DNA of 64,000 bases from Luteolibacter sp. Lineage in GTDB: Bacteria; Verrucomicrobiota; Verrucomicrobiia; Verrucomicrobiales; Akkermansiaceae. The stretch lies in the NCBI RefSeq assembly GCF_039920825.1, contig NZ_JBDSCX010000003.1:25385-89384 (forward strand), read 5' to 3'. This document shows, piece after piece, positions 35,377-44,879 of this stretch. The notes below the pieces were generated by a model. It searched no databases. It had not been told where the DNA came from and saw nothing but the letters and a program-made list of their open reading frames with translations. Numbering within the stretch: the first letter of the stretch is position 1; every line of letters starts with the position of its first letter. The position numbers and the translations under genes were made by a program.

Positions 35377-35585
35377 ACGGTGACAGGCTCTTCGGTGTAG
35401 CTGCCGTTCGCGCTTGCCCTCGCCTCCTCACGATTGAACTCCAAAGCTTCCATGAGGATTTCCCGCAGGGACGCCATCAGCTCTTCCTTGGTTTTTTCCT
35501 GTGCGTTGACGCCCGGGATCTCCTCGATCCATCCAACCCACCAGTCGCCGTCCTGTTGGGTGATTGCCGTGTAGGTTGATTTCAT
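35373..35585 (-). CDS. hicB: Short HicB family antitoxin
   Basis: YTAITQQDGDWWVGWIEEIPGVNAQEKTKEELMASLREIL, 70 aa, 4-nt overlap with hicA. Confidence 0.88.
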   Translation of the reverse strand: MKSTYTAITQQDGDWWVGWIEEIPGVNAQEKTKEELMASLREILMEALEFNREEARASANGSYTEEPVTV

Positions 35586-35854
35586 GAATGGATGATTGGC
35601 ACGAATCCGGCGCTTGGGCAACCGCCGAAGCGTTTTGCCAGCAACGCGTCATAGAGCGGATCGGTGCCCCGCAAAGACACGCGGAGGCTGGCGGTCCCGA
35701 CCATGCTGGCGACGATTCCACGCTTTGCGGAAGCGGTTTCCGACCGGAGCAGCAATTCGATCAACCGGGAAACGGTGGTGTGTTTCTCCCGTGCCACCTT
35801 CTTCGCGAGACGGAGGATTTCCGGGTCGAGCGTGATGGAGGTTCGCTTTTTCAT
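35582..35854 (-). CDS. Ribbon-helix-helix antitoxin-like protein (DUF6364-like)
   Basis: MKKRTSITLDPEILRLAKKVAREKHTTVSRLIELLL...DPLYDALLAK. Its stop overlaps the hicB start. Confidence 0.72.
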   Translation of the reverse strand: MKKRTSITLDPEILRLAKKVAREKHTTVSRLIELLLRSETASAKRGIVASMVGTASLRVSLRGTDPLYDALLAKRFGGCPSAGFVPIIHS

Positions 35855-35930
35855 GAGCAGGTAATTAACCCAATTCATGCCTAACGGCAAGATCGCGCTT
35901 TGAAATCGAAGGGACGAGACGTCCCTTCCC

Positions 35931-37019
35931 CTATGGTGTTTCCGGCTCATCCGCCGGTTCATCTGATGCGGGAGGCGCGGGCGGCGGGACAAAAGCGGCC
36001 AGTGGCTTCACCAGGTTCGTCGGCAGCGGGAAAACCCGGTCGTAGATGCCGGGAGCGACCTCGGTGGACTGCGAGTAGGCGTCGCGGATCATTTCCATCT
36101 TCGCGTCGAGGTTGTCGATGTAGTGGAGGGCGAAGGCTTCCGGTGTGCGCGGCAGGACGGGCGAGCCGAATTCGTACTGGCCGTGGTGGCTGCCGATGAG
36201 GTGGAGCAGGTGGAGGCGGGTCATTTCCGTGGACGGCTTGAGGCCTTTCCACTCATCGGTTTCCACGCTGTCGACGAGGTCGTTCCAGAGCTTGTTGACC
36301 AGCTCGATGCCGAGCGGGATATGCCCTAACATTTCTCCGTGGATGCTGTGGATCTGGGCGAAACCGTCTTCGGGATAGGAATTTTCCCAGAGCTTGCCGC
36401 AGTCGTGGAAGAGCACGCCGGCGAGCATGAGGTCGCGGTTGAGTTCGGGATAAACCGGGCACAGCGCATCGGCGGAACGCATCATCTGTGCGACGTGTTC
36501 GACAAGTCCGCCGCGGCGGGCGTGGTGATTCTTTTTCGCGGCGGCGGTGCGGCGGAAGCGATCACCTAACTGGGAAAGGAAATGGGCGCAAAGTCCGTGG
36601 AGCCGCGGGTCCTCGATGGAGTCGCACAGCCGGCGGATTTCCGCGAAGTCGCGGTCCTGTTTTTCACGGGTTTCCGGATCGCCTGCCAGAAAATCCGCGA
36701 TGGCGGCATCTTCCAGATTATACCACCAGAGCTTGTTCGGATTGACGCCATATTGGTTTTGCGTCCATTCGGCTTCGAGGCGGACCACGGTGCCTTCGGC
36801 AAGTGTTTCAGCGGCTTCGGACATCGGCGAGTCCGACCAGATTTTCAGGGAAAAATTTCCGGTGGAGTCCGCGAAGACGAGTTCGAAATATGGCTTTCCG
36901 CCCTTCGTCGTGCGGGTCGCCCGCGACTGGAGCTGGGCGTGGATCGCGGCATGAATGGGGATTTCTCCGGCTTGTTCCTTGACGGCGGCAATGGTGATCG
37001 GGCTCACGGGCGTTAGCAT
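35931..37019 (-). CDS. OB-fold + HD domain 3'-5' exoribonuclease (YhaM family)
   Basis: TTKGGKPYFELVFADSTG, HHARRGGLVEH, LFHDCGK, HLIGSHHG..EFGSP, LHYIDNLDAK. Confidence 0.9.
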   Translation of the reverse strand: MLTPVSPITIAAVKEQAGEIPIHAAIHAQLQSRATRTTKGGKPYFELVFADSTGNFSLKIWSDSPMSEAAETLAEGTVVRLEAEWTQNQYGVNPNKLWWYNLEDAAIADFLAGDPETREKQDRDFAEIRRLCDSIEDPRLHGLCAHFLSQLGDRFRRTAAAKKNHHARRGGLVEHVAQMMRSADALCPVYPELNRDLMLAGVLFHDCGKLWENSYPEDGFAQIHSIHGEMLGHIPLGIELVNKLWNDLVDSVETDEWKGLKPSTEMTRLHLLHLIGSHHGQYEFGSPVLPRTPEAFALHYIDNLDAKMEMIRDAYSQSTEVAPGIYDRVFPLPTNLVKPLAAFVPPPAPPASDEPADEPETP

Positions 37020-37047
37020 GGCAGGTGATGCCGCCGTGTCACGTTCA

Positions 37048-38481
37048 TCATGAATCCATCAGCGCCGGCAGGCTCACCCGGAACGTCGCGCCTTCACCGG
37101 GAACGCTTGCGACTTCGACGGTGCCATGGTGGTTTTCAACGATGGCCTGGACGATCGCGAGCCCGAGTCCCGAATGTCCGCTGGACGGACCGCGCACGGG
37201 ATCGACCCGATAGAAACGGTCAAACAGTCGCGGCAGGTGGTCCGCGGAAATGCCCGGGCCGTGGTCTGCGACTTCGAGGATGACGCGGTTGTCATTGAAG
37301 AAAACGCTTACCGTCGCATCGCCGCCGTTTTGCTGGTGGCTGATGGCGTTGGAAATCAGATTGCCGGCGACAATCGAAAGCGCCTGCGGATCGGCATGGC
37401 AGCGGGCGGTCTGGAGATTGGATTGGAGCCGGATCCCGTTCTGGTCGGCGAGCGGCTGGAGGAGCTGGATGGAGTCTGCGGCGATCAATGAGAGGTCGAC
37501 GGTTTCGCGGCGGATTTCCGGACTGCCATCCTGCCGCGCTAACAACAGCAGCGATTCCACGAGCGAACGCATGCGGGTGGCGGCGTGGCCGCAGTTGGAA
37601 AGGATCTCCCGGTATTCGTCGGCGCTGCGCTCGCGTTTCAACCCGCGCGAGGTTTCCGAGAGGATGACAGTTAGAGGTGTGCGAAGTTCGTGCGAGGCGT
37701 CGGCGGTGAATTCCCTCTGGCGCTCGATTCCGGCGGCGAGCCGGTCGAAGGTTTCGTTGAGCACCTGGCTGAGACGGGTCAGTTCGTTGTCGGTGCCGGC
37801 GATGTCGATGCGTTCCGATAGTTTTCCTCCTGCGATTCTCGATGCGGTCTGGCTGATCGCGTTGATCGGCTGGATGGCGCGGCCCGCGAGCCACCAGCCG
37901 CCGAGCAGGCCTAACAGCCACAGCAGCGCGCCGCTGCCCGCGATCTGCCAGCCGAGTTGCTGCAGCGCGGCGCGGTCCGCGGAAATATCGCGGCCAACCA
38001 CGACCCGGAAACCGCGCGGTCCGCCGTGGACGAGTTCACGAAAGTTCCCGCGCATCCGGGTCAGTTGATCCTGATTCGCAGGAAGTTTCGGAAACACCAG
38101 GCTTTCCGGGGAATTCACCGAACGGAAAAGTGTCTGGCAACCACCGTCCCAGAAGGCGATGTAAGTACTTTCGGAAGCCTCGGGATCGAAGAGATCACGC
38201 ATCTCCAGGGGAAATTGCGAAGCATCGTCGATGCTCAGGAAACGCTCGCGAATCTCAGTGGTGGTCGGCGGACGATCATCCTTTTTTTTCTGAGAGGGAA
38301 ATTCCCAGAAGCTTTTCATGAATGCCCGCTCGAACGCCTCGAGCTCGCCATCAATACGCTCCCGCCGGGCATCCGCGGCCAACCGATGCGCGAGCATGCA
38401 CAGCGCGGCAATCACGCCCATGAGAATGAGCGCATGCCAGAGCTGGAGCCGCCAGCGGACCGAATGGAAGAGGTATTTCAT
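37048..38481 (-). CDS. Sensor histidine kinase with HAMP domain
   Basis: FTADASHELRTPL, NLISNA, VADHGPGI, LFDRFYR, SGLGLAIV. Confidence 0.95.
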   Translation of the reverse strand: MKYLFHSVRWRLQLWHALILMGVIAALCMLAHRLAADARRERIDGELEAFERAFMKSFWEFPSQKKKDDRPPTTTEIRERFLSIDDASQFPLEMRDLFDPEASESTYIAFWDGGCQTLFRSVNSPESLVFPKLPANQDQLTRMRGNFRELVHGGPRGFRVVVGRDISADRAALQQLGWQIAGSGALLWLLGLLGGWWLAGRAIQPINAISQTASRIAGGKLSERIDIAGTDNELTRLSQVLNETFDRLAAGIERQREFTADASHELRTPLTVILSETSRGLKRERSADEYREILSNCGHAATRMRSLVESLLLLARQDGSPEIRRETVDLSLIAADSIQLLQPLADQNGIRLQSNLQTARCHADPQALSIVAGNLISNAISHQQNGGDATVSVFFNDNRVILEVADHGPGISADHLPRLFDRFYRVDPVRGPSSGHSGLGLAIVQAIVENHHGTVEVASVPGEGATFRVSLPALMDS

Positions 38482-39128
38482 TCGATGGAATAACCGTGGC
38501 CGCGACGCGTGGTGATGAAATCCGCGCCCAGTTTTTTCCGGATGTTGGAAACATGTACATCCAGAAGGTTGGAAAGCGTGTCGTCATCCTCGTCGAAGAG
38601 ATGCTCGTAAAGCTCGCTGCGGCTGACGACCTGGCCGCGATGAAGGGCGAGGTATTCGACCAATGCGTATTCGCGGGCAGTTAGGGAAATTTCCCCGCCG
38701 TCCTTGCTGACGGTCCTTGCCGCGGTGTCGATGGTGATGCCGCTGACTTCCATCAGGCTGGACGCTTGTCCGGAACTGCGCCGGATCAACGCGCGGATGC
38801 GGGCTAACAACTCGTCGCTGTCGAAAGGTTTCGTCAGGTAATCATCCGCTCCGGCATCCAGTCCGCGGATCCTGTCGGGCACCGCGTCGCGCGCGGTGAG
38901 CATGAGGACCGGTGTTTTCTTGAGCGGGCGCAAACGGCGGAGCACTTCCCAGCCGTCGAACACCGGCAGCATGCCGTCGAGGACGATGCAGTCGTAGTCG
39001 GACGCGCTCGCCTTGAAGAGACCCGCCTCGCCGTCATCCGCGGTATCGACGGCGTAGTTCTCCTCGCGCAGGCTCGCGGCGAGACTGCGTTGCAGGAGTT
39101 GGTCGTCTTCGATGATGAGCAGGCGCAT
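38478..39128 (-). CDS. OmpR-family response regulator
   Basis: LLIIEDD, IVLDGMLP, LMLTA, GADDYLTKPF, VHVSNIRKKL...TRRGHGY. Confidence 0.95.
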   Translation of the reverse strand: MRLLIIEDDQLLQRSLAASLREENYAVDTADDGEAGLFKASASDYDCIVLDGMLPVFDGWEVLRRLRPLKKTPVLMLTARDAVPDRIRGLDAGADDYLTKPFDSDELLARIRALIRRSSGQASSLMEVSGITIDTAARTVSKDGGEISLTAREYALVEYLALHRGQVVSRSELYEHLFDEDDDTLSNLLDVHVSNIRKKLGADFITTRRGHGYSIE

Positions 39129-39134
39129 GGAGAA

Positions 39135-39220
39135 GAGAGTTGATAGTGGATGGTCGATTGTTGATGGAAAGATGCGGGTGGTGGATTTTTTCTATCAACC
39201 ATCAACTCTCAACCATCAAC
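39135..39220. repeat. Imperfect palindromic (REP-like) element built from TCAACCA/TCAACTC heptamers
   Basis: Left arm gagagttgatag...ttgatggaaa, right arm tttctatcaaccatcaactctcaaccatcaac. It fills the permease-regulator gap. Confidence 0.8.
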
Positions 39221-40438
39221 CTATTCATGCCGCAAGGCATCGATGGGGTCGAGTCCGGCGGCGCGGCGCGCGGGCATGAAGCCGAAGATGATGCCGATGG
39301 CGGCGGAGAAAACGAAGGCGACGATGTTGATTTTCGGGTCGAAGAGGAACGGCGCGCCGACCACTTCGGCGAGTGCGATGCACAGGCCGTAGGCGAGGGC
39401 GATTCCGGCCACTCCGCCGATGCAGGAAAGTGTCACCGCCTCGACCAGGAACTGCAGCAGTACCTCCCGCGCCCGCGCGCCAATGGCGAGGCGGATGCCG
39501 ATTTCGCGGGTGCGTTCGGTGACGGAAACCAGCATGATGTTCATGATGCCGATGCCCCCGACAAGCAAACTGACACCCGCGACCGCGCCTAGCAATGATG
39601 TCATCACCTTGGTGCTGGAACTGATCACTTCGGCGAGTTGCTGCGAATCGAAAACGTTGAAATTGTCCCCCTCGTTGGCAGTGATTTTGCGGCGTTCCCG
39701 CATCAGTGCGCTAACGTCCGCCACGATATTCGCACTGGGGTATTCCTGTTCCCCGGAGATCATCACCTGGTTGAAACTCTTGCCGCCCTGGCGACCTGAA
39801 AGTCGGTGGATGATGGTGGTGTAGGGAACGATCATGTTGTCGTCCAAGTCATCGCCGAAGCCGCCCTGGCCTTTCACCGCGGTGACGCCGATGACTTCCA
39901 GCGTCATGCTTTTCACCCGTACCTTGCTGCCAACAGGATCCACCTGTTCGCCAAAGAGTTCCTTCCGGATTGTTTCCCCGATGACGCAGACGGGTGCGGA
40001 CTCGTCCACCTCGGTCTCCGTGAAAAACCGGCCCGTGCCCACCGTCCAGTTCGCGATGGCGAAATAGTTGGGCGTGGTGCCCTGGATGTCGTAGGTGCGG
40101 CTTTCGTCCTGATAGACCACTTGGGCGTTGTTGGAAACGAACGGCGCGACCGATGTGATGCCGGGAATCTGATCGCGGACGGCATCGACATCCTGCAGGC
40201 TGAACATCGGTGCCGCGCCGCCGCCCCAACCCTGGCCGGGACGGAGGACGAGCAGGTTGTTCCCCATTTTGGAAATCTGTTGTTTCACGGTCTCGGTGGC
40301 TCCCCGGCCTAGCGTGACCATCGTGATCACGGCGGCAACGCCGATGACGATGCCGATCACAGTTAGAAACGAGCGGGTCAGGTTGCGCCGGATTTCCCGG
40401 ATGGCGATGAGCAGCGCGTTGAAGGTCATGGCGATCAT
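39221..40438 (-). CDS. MacB/FtsX-type ABC permease
   Basis: RSFLTVIGIVIGVAAVI, GGIGIMNIMLVSVTERTREIGIRLAIGA, PARRAAGLDPIDALRHE. Confidence 0.95.
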   Translation of the reverse strand: MIAMTFNALLIAIREIRRNLTRSFLTVIGIVIGVAAVITMVTLGRGATETVKQQISKMGNNLLVLRPGQGWGGGAAPMFSLQDVDAVRDQIPGITSVAPFVSNNAQVVYQDESRTYDIQGTTPNYFAIANWTVGTGRFFTETEVDESAPVCVIGETIRKELFGEQVDPVGSKVRVKSMTLEVIGVTAVKGQGGFGDDLDDNMIVPYTTIIHRLSGRQGGKSFNQVMISGEQEYPSANIVADVSALMRERRKITANEGDNFNVFDSQQLAEVISSSTKVMTSLLGAVAGVSLLVGGIGIMNIMLVSVTERTREIGIRLAIGARAREVLLQFLVEAVTLSCIGGVAGIALAYGLCIALAEVVGAPFLFDPKINIVAFVFSAAIGIIFGFMPARRAAGLDPIDALRHE

Positions 40439-40449
40439 AACGGAAAGTT

Positions 40450-41145
40450 CTAGCGGGTTACGATGTCGTCGGAGATCAGTCCGTCGCGGACGTGGATGAT
40501 GCGGCGGGCGCAGGCGGCGACCTCATCTTCGTGGGTGACCATGATGATGGAGATGCCGCGGTCCGAGTTGAGCTTGCGGAGGAGCTCCATGATCTCGACG
40601 GTGGTTTTGGAATCGAGGTTGCCGGTCGGTTCGTCGGCGAAAAGCGTGTCGGGTTTGGTGACGATGGCACGGGCGATGGCGACCCGCTGCTGTTGGCCGC
40701 CGGAAAGTTCTGCCGGGGTGTTGCGCTCCTTGTCCGACAGGCTGACCTGAGCCAGCGCCTCGCGGGCCATCTCATGGCGTTGTTTTCTGGAATAGCCGCG
40801 ATAAAGCAGCGGAAGCTCCACGTTCTCAAGCGCCGAGGTCCGGGCGAGCAGGTTGAAGCCTTGGAAAATGAATCCCAGCGCGTGCCGGCGGAGCAGCGAG
40901 CGCTGGTCCTTGTTGAGGTGCTCCACGGCGATTCCCTTGAACAGATAGGAGCCGGCGGTGGGGGTGTCGAGGCAACCTAACAAATTCATGAGCGTCGATT
41001 TCCCCGAGCCGCTGGGACCCATGACGGCGACGAACTCGCCACGATGGATAGTTAGATCCACTCCGCGGAGGGCGAGGAACGCGGCCTCGCCCGAGCCGTA
41101 GCGTTTGGTCAGGCCGTGCAACTGGATGAGCTTTTCGGGGTTCAT
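40450..41145 (-). CDS. ABC ATP-binding protein (MacB/LolD type)
   Basis: GPSGSGKST, LSGGQQQR, ADEPTGNLD, VTH. Confidence 0.95.
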   Translation of the reverse strand: MNPEKLIQLHGLTKRYGSGEAAFLALRGVDLTIHRGEFVAVMGPSGSGKSTLMNLLGCLDTPTAGSYLFKGIAVEHLNKDQRSLLRRHALGFIFQGFNLLARTSALENVELPLLYRGYSRKQRHEMAREALAQVSLSDKERNTPAELSGGQQQRVAIARAIVTKPDTLFADEPTGNLDSKTTVEIMELLRKLNSDRGISIIMVTHEDEVAACARRIIHVRDGLISDDIVTR

Positions 41146-42476
41146 TCGGTCTTTGGTGGCTTGATGCTGATGATGACGGGAGTGCCTGCGGCCAGCCCCT
41201 CACTGGTGATTTCGGTAACGCGGCCGTCGGTGATACCCGGAGTGACCTTGATTTCCAAAGGTTCCCCGTTCTTGAGCGTCCACACTTTGGGAGTGGAGTC
41301 CGAGGAGCCCGCTTTCGCTGGAGGAGCGCCTCGCCAACGTCTGCCACCACCGGGAGAAAGGCTCTGGACGAGGGTCCGTTTGGTGGTATCCGGTTTGCCG
41401 ATTGCAGCGGCGGCGACGGGGTCGAAGCGGAGGGCGGAATTGGGGACGACGAGGATGTCCCTCTTGTCAACGATCGCGATGTCCACAGTGGCGGTCATGC
41501 CCGGGCGGAGGGATAGATCCTCGTTGGTCACTTCCAACTCGGTGCCGTAGGTGACGACCGCGCCGGATGCCGTGCCAGTGGCCGCGTTTGCGGTCGTTCC
41601 GGTGCCCACGGCTCCGAACGCCACCTTCTTAACCTTGGCAGTGTAGCTGCGGCTCGGCCAGGCATCGACACTGAAGGTCGCGGTCTGGCCAACCTCGATA
41701 CGGCCGATGTCGGCTTCGGACACGTTGACGAGCAGTTCCATTTTTTTCAAATCCTCGGCGATGGTGAAAAGCGTGGGCGCGGTGAAAGAAGCGGCTACGG
41801 TCTGACCGACTTCGATGGAACGCGCGAGCACGATGCCATCGACCGGCGAGCGGATGATGGTTTTCGCCAGGTCGCTTTCAAACGCACGGACGTCCGCCTC
41901 CGCTCCGGTCACCGCCGCTTGGGCACTTCCCAAATCCGCCATGGCACGGGACAGGGTGGCGCGGGAGGTTTCCATGGTGGCCCGCGAGGGAGTTTTTCCG
42001 CCACTGATCTCGAGGAGTTCCTCCTGGCGTGCCAGCGCGGCTTTGCTCTCGGCGACGGTGGCATCGGCCTGGCTGACCCTGGCTTTAGCGGCGAGCAGGG
42101 CGGCGCGGCTGCGGTCGGTCTGCTGGTCGAGCTTGGTGGTGTCGAGCTTGGCCAGGGTCTGGCCTTTTTTCACCTGATCGTTGGTGTCCACCAGCACTTC
42201 CTTGGCGGTGCCGGACAGCTCGCTGCCGACGATGATCTGATTGGTCGGAGCGAGGTTGCCCGCGGCGGTGACGATCAGCGAGATACGGCCGATCTTGGAT
42301 TCCCCCGTCTGATAGTCCGCCTTCTGTTCTCCACCGTTGTTACGGCGCAGATAGTACCAGACGCCCGCCCCGATCAGGGCGACGGCGAGAGTGATGAAAA
42401 TCCATTTCCTCAACGGGCGCGAGGCCCCGCTGGCGACGATGGTGGCGAGATCTTCTGATGAATCGAATGAAGTCAT
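41142..42476 (-). CDS. Efflux periplasmic adaptor (MacA-like)
   Basis: N-terminal TM, VGSELSG, VKKGQTLAKLD, IIRSPVDGIV, LRPGMTA. Start MTSFDS at 42476. Confidence 0.92.
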   Translation of the reverse strand: MTSFDSSEDLATIVASGASRPLRKWIFITLAVALIGAGVWYYLRRNNGGEQKADYQTGESKIGRISLIVTAAGNLAPTNQIIVGSELSGTAKEVLVDTNDQVKKGQTLAKLDTTKLDQQTDRSRAALLAAKARVSQADATVAESKAALARQEELLEISGGKTPSRATMETSRATLSRAMADLGSAQAAVTGAEADVRAFESDLAKTIIRSPVDGIVLARSIEVGQTVAASFTAPTLFTIAEDLKKMELLVNVSEADIGRIEVGQTATFSVDAWPSRSYTAKVKKVAFGAVGTGTTANAATGTASGAVVTYGTELEVTNEDLSLRPGMTATVDIAIVDKRDILVVPNSALRFDPVAAAAIGKPDTTKRTLVQSLSPGGGRRWRGAPPAKAGSSDSTPKVWTLKNGEPLEIKVTPGITDGRVTEITSEGLAAGTPVIISIKPPKTE

Positions 42477-42504
42477 TGAATTTGATAGATGTTTGAAAAT
42501 GATC

Positions 42505-43911
42505 TCAGGAGCCGGCCGACCAGCCGCCGCCGAGGGCCTTGTAGAGCTGGATGTAGGCGATGGTGCGGTCCGCCCGGACGGAGAAAAGATTGGACTCCAG
42601 CCCCAGAAGAGAGCGCTGGGCATCGAGCACGGAAACGAAATCGATCTCACCGGTCTGATAGCGCTGACGGGCGATCTCATCCGCCTCACGGGCGGCGGCG
42701 GTTGCCTTTTCGAGGGTGTCCAACCGCTCGGCGGTGCGGCGGCAGGCGATGAGCGAGTCCTCGACTTCGGAGAGAGCGGTCAGGACGGTGGAGCGATAGG
42801 CCTGATAGGTTTGTTCCTCGGCGGCGCTCTGGGCCTCGATGTTCGAGCGGATGCGGCCGGCATCGAAGATCGGGCTGCTGATTCCCGCGATGATTCCGGC
42901 GGTGGCGGTCTCCGGATTGAAGAGTTTGCTGGAAGCAAGCGTGTTCAGGCCTAACGAACCGGCGAGGTTGAGCGAAGGATAGCGTTCCGCATCGGCGGCG
43001 CGGGTGCTGGCGGCGGCGGCGAGGAGCTGATAGCCGGCGATGCGGACATCCGGGCGCTGGCGCAATGTGTCGACGGGAATGCCGACGGCCAGGCTGCGCG
43101 GGGGATTCGGAATCGCTTTTTTTCCGGAGGACAGCGTACCGTCGAGACTGCCGGGAGCTTGACCTGATAGAAGCGCGAGGAGATTGCGTGATTGGGATAT
43201 GTTTTGTTGCAGCGCGGGAATGGAGGCCCGAGCCTGCTCGAGACTGCTGAGGGCCTGGCTGGATTCGAGCGAATCCGCCTCCCCGGCCTGGGTGCGCCAA
43301 CTGGCGAGTTGCGAGGTTTCCTCGCGAGTCTTCACATTGCTGAAAAGGACTTCGAGAGCGGCTTCGTTGGCGCGGAGGTTGGTGTAGGCGATGGCGATTT
43401 CCGAAGCGAGCGAGGCTTGAACCGAGTTGAAATTTTCCTCACTCGCGCCAAGCTGCGCCGATGCGGCTTCGACCGAGCTTCGGGTCTTGCCGAAAAGATC
43501 GACTTCCCACGAAGCGTTCAATCCGGCGGAGTAGGAGGTGTCGGAATTCCGTCCCGAAACATCCCTATCAGAGGTATTGGCGTTGGTGGAGGCCGAGCCG
43601 CTGAGCGAGGGAAAAAGCGAAGCCCTCGTCGCATTGCGCTGGGCGCGGGATTCCTTGATCCGGGCGGAGGCGGAGGCCATGTCCGGGCTGTTTTTCAGCG
43701 CGTTCGAAATGAGGTGGGTCAGCGTCGGATCGTCGAAACGGCTCCACCAGCGCGAGAGGTCCTGGGTCGGCGACGCCACCGGGAAATGATGCGCGTTCTT
43801 CCAGTCCGCAGGCACGGAGACCGGTTGTTTAGTGATGATGGAATCGACGCCGCAGCCACTCAAACCAAGGAGGGCGAAGCTGGAACAGAGGAAAAATCGG
43901 GCGGATTTCAT
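42505..43911 (-). CDS. TolC/NodT family outer-membrane efflux lipoprotein
   Basis: Lipobox LSGC, WWSRFDDPTL, SWEVDLFG, RQRPDVRIA, LYKALGGGW. Start MKSARF at 43911. Confidence 0.94.
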   Translation of the reverse strand: MKSARFFLCSSFALLGLSGCGVDSIITKQPVSVPADWKNAHHFPVASPTQDLSRWWSRFDDPTLTHLISNALKNSPDMASASARIKESRAQRNATRASLFPSLSGSASTNANTSDRDVSGRNSDTSYSAGLNASWEVDLFGKTRSSVEAASAQLGASEENFNSVQASLASEIAIAYTNLRANEAALEVLFSNVKTREETSQLASWRTQAGEADSLESSQALSSLEQARASIPALQQNISQSRNLLALLSGQAPGSLDGTLSSGKKAIPNPPRSLAVGIPVDTLRQRPDVRIAGYQLLAAAASTRAADAERYPSLNLAGSLGLNTLASSKLFNPETATAGIIAGISSPIFDAGRIRSNIEAQSAAEEQTYQAYRSTVLTALSEVEDSLIACRRTAERLDTLEKATAAAREADEIARQRYQTGEIDFVSVLDAQRSLLGLESNLFSVRADRTIAYIQLYKALGGGWSAGS

Positions 43912-44064
43912 GGCGGAAACTGGAGGCAAGCTAGCCGCCGGAACCTTTAGAAAAGGTGAAGAGGTGGATTTCTTCCGGCGGAATTCGCCGCAGATACGCC
44001 TCTTCAGTGGCGAAGCTTGCCGCAACGTGCGAATAGTCACTCAGTCTCACGACGAATCACCGAA

Positions 44065-44817
44065 ATGCCCTTGGAAAAACAAAAGACGGTCCCGCCATCC
44101 ACGCCTGCGGGAAGCCACTTCCGCTTCGCGCGGATCGGAACCGTTCTTTCGAAGCCGCCCGGAATGTTTTACGATGTCTGCCGGGTGCTCGGACTCGGCG
44201 TATTCGGGATGACGATGCGGGTGAAAAGCAAGGGCCTGCGTTCCGTGGATCACGAAGGCGGCATGCTCGTCGCGGTCAGTCACGTGAGCCATCTCGACCC
44301 CATCGTGGTGAGTGCGATGCTCGGCCGCAGGATCAGTTGGGTTTCGCGGATCGAATTCTATCAGCACTGGTTCATGCGCACGCTGTTGTACCACGGCGGC
44401 GCGTTTCAGGTGAACCGGACCGGCGCGGCGCGTCCCATGATCCGCGAGGGACTGCGACGTCTCAAGCGCGGTGAAGCCGTCGGTATTTTCCCCGAGGGCG
44501 AACTGATGCGCGGCAAGAACTCGGTGCTGCGCGGTGCTTCCATCAAACAAGGCGTCTGCATGCTCGCCGCGCTCTCGGGACGTCCGGTGCTGCCGGTCAT
44601 CGTTCTCGGCACCGAACAATTGATTCGCATCGGCCCCTGGCTCCCTGCGAAACGCGGCAAGCTCTGGATCCTCGCGGGAAATCCCATTCACGCGGTCCCT
44701 AACTCCCGCGGCCGCCGGTCGCGTGATGAATTCGCGCAACGCCTCATCGCGGAATACACCCGGCTCTATGCGGAAATCCGGTTGGAGTTCAACCTGCCGG
44801 AAGACATCGCCCCGTGA
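44065..44817 (+). CDS. Lysophospholipid acyltransferase (PlsC family)
   Basis: SHVSHLDP (HxxxxD), GIFPEG. Confidence 0.9.
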   Translation: MPLEKQKTVPPSTPAGSHFRFARIGTVLSKPPGMFYDVCRVLGLGVFGMTMRVKSKGLRSVDHEGGMLVAVSHVSHLDPIVVSAMLGRRISWVSRIEFYQHWFMRTLLYHGGAFQVNRTGAARPMIREGLRRLKRGEAVGIFPEGELMRGKNSVLRGASIKQGVCMLAALSGRPVLPVIVLGTEQLIRIGPWLPAKRGKLWILAGNPIHAVPNSRGRRSRDEFAQRLIAEYTRLYAEIRLEFNLPEDIAP

Positions 44818-44879
44818 GCCGCCGCCCTTGACGTGCCTCCACCCCTGACTTGTGATGGCCGGATGAAATTCGCAAGGCC

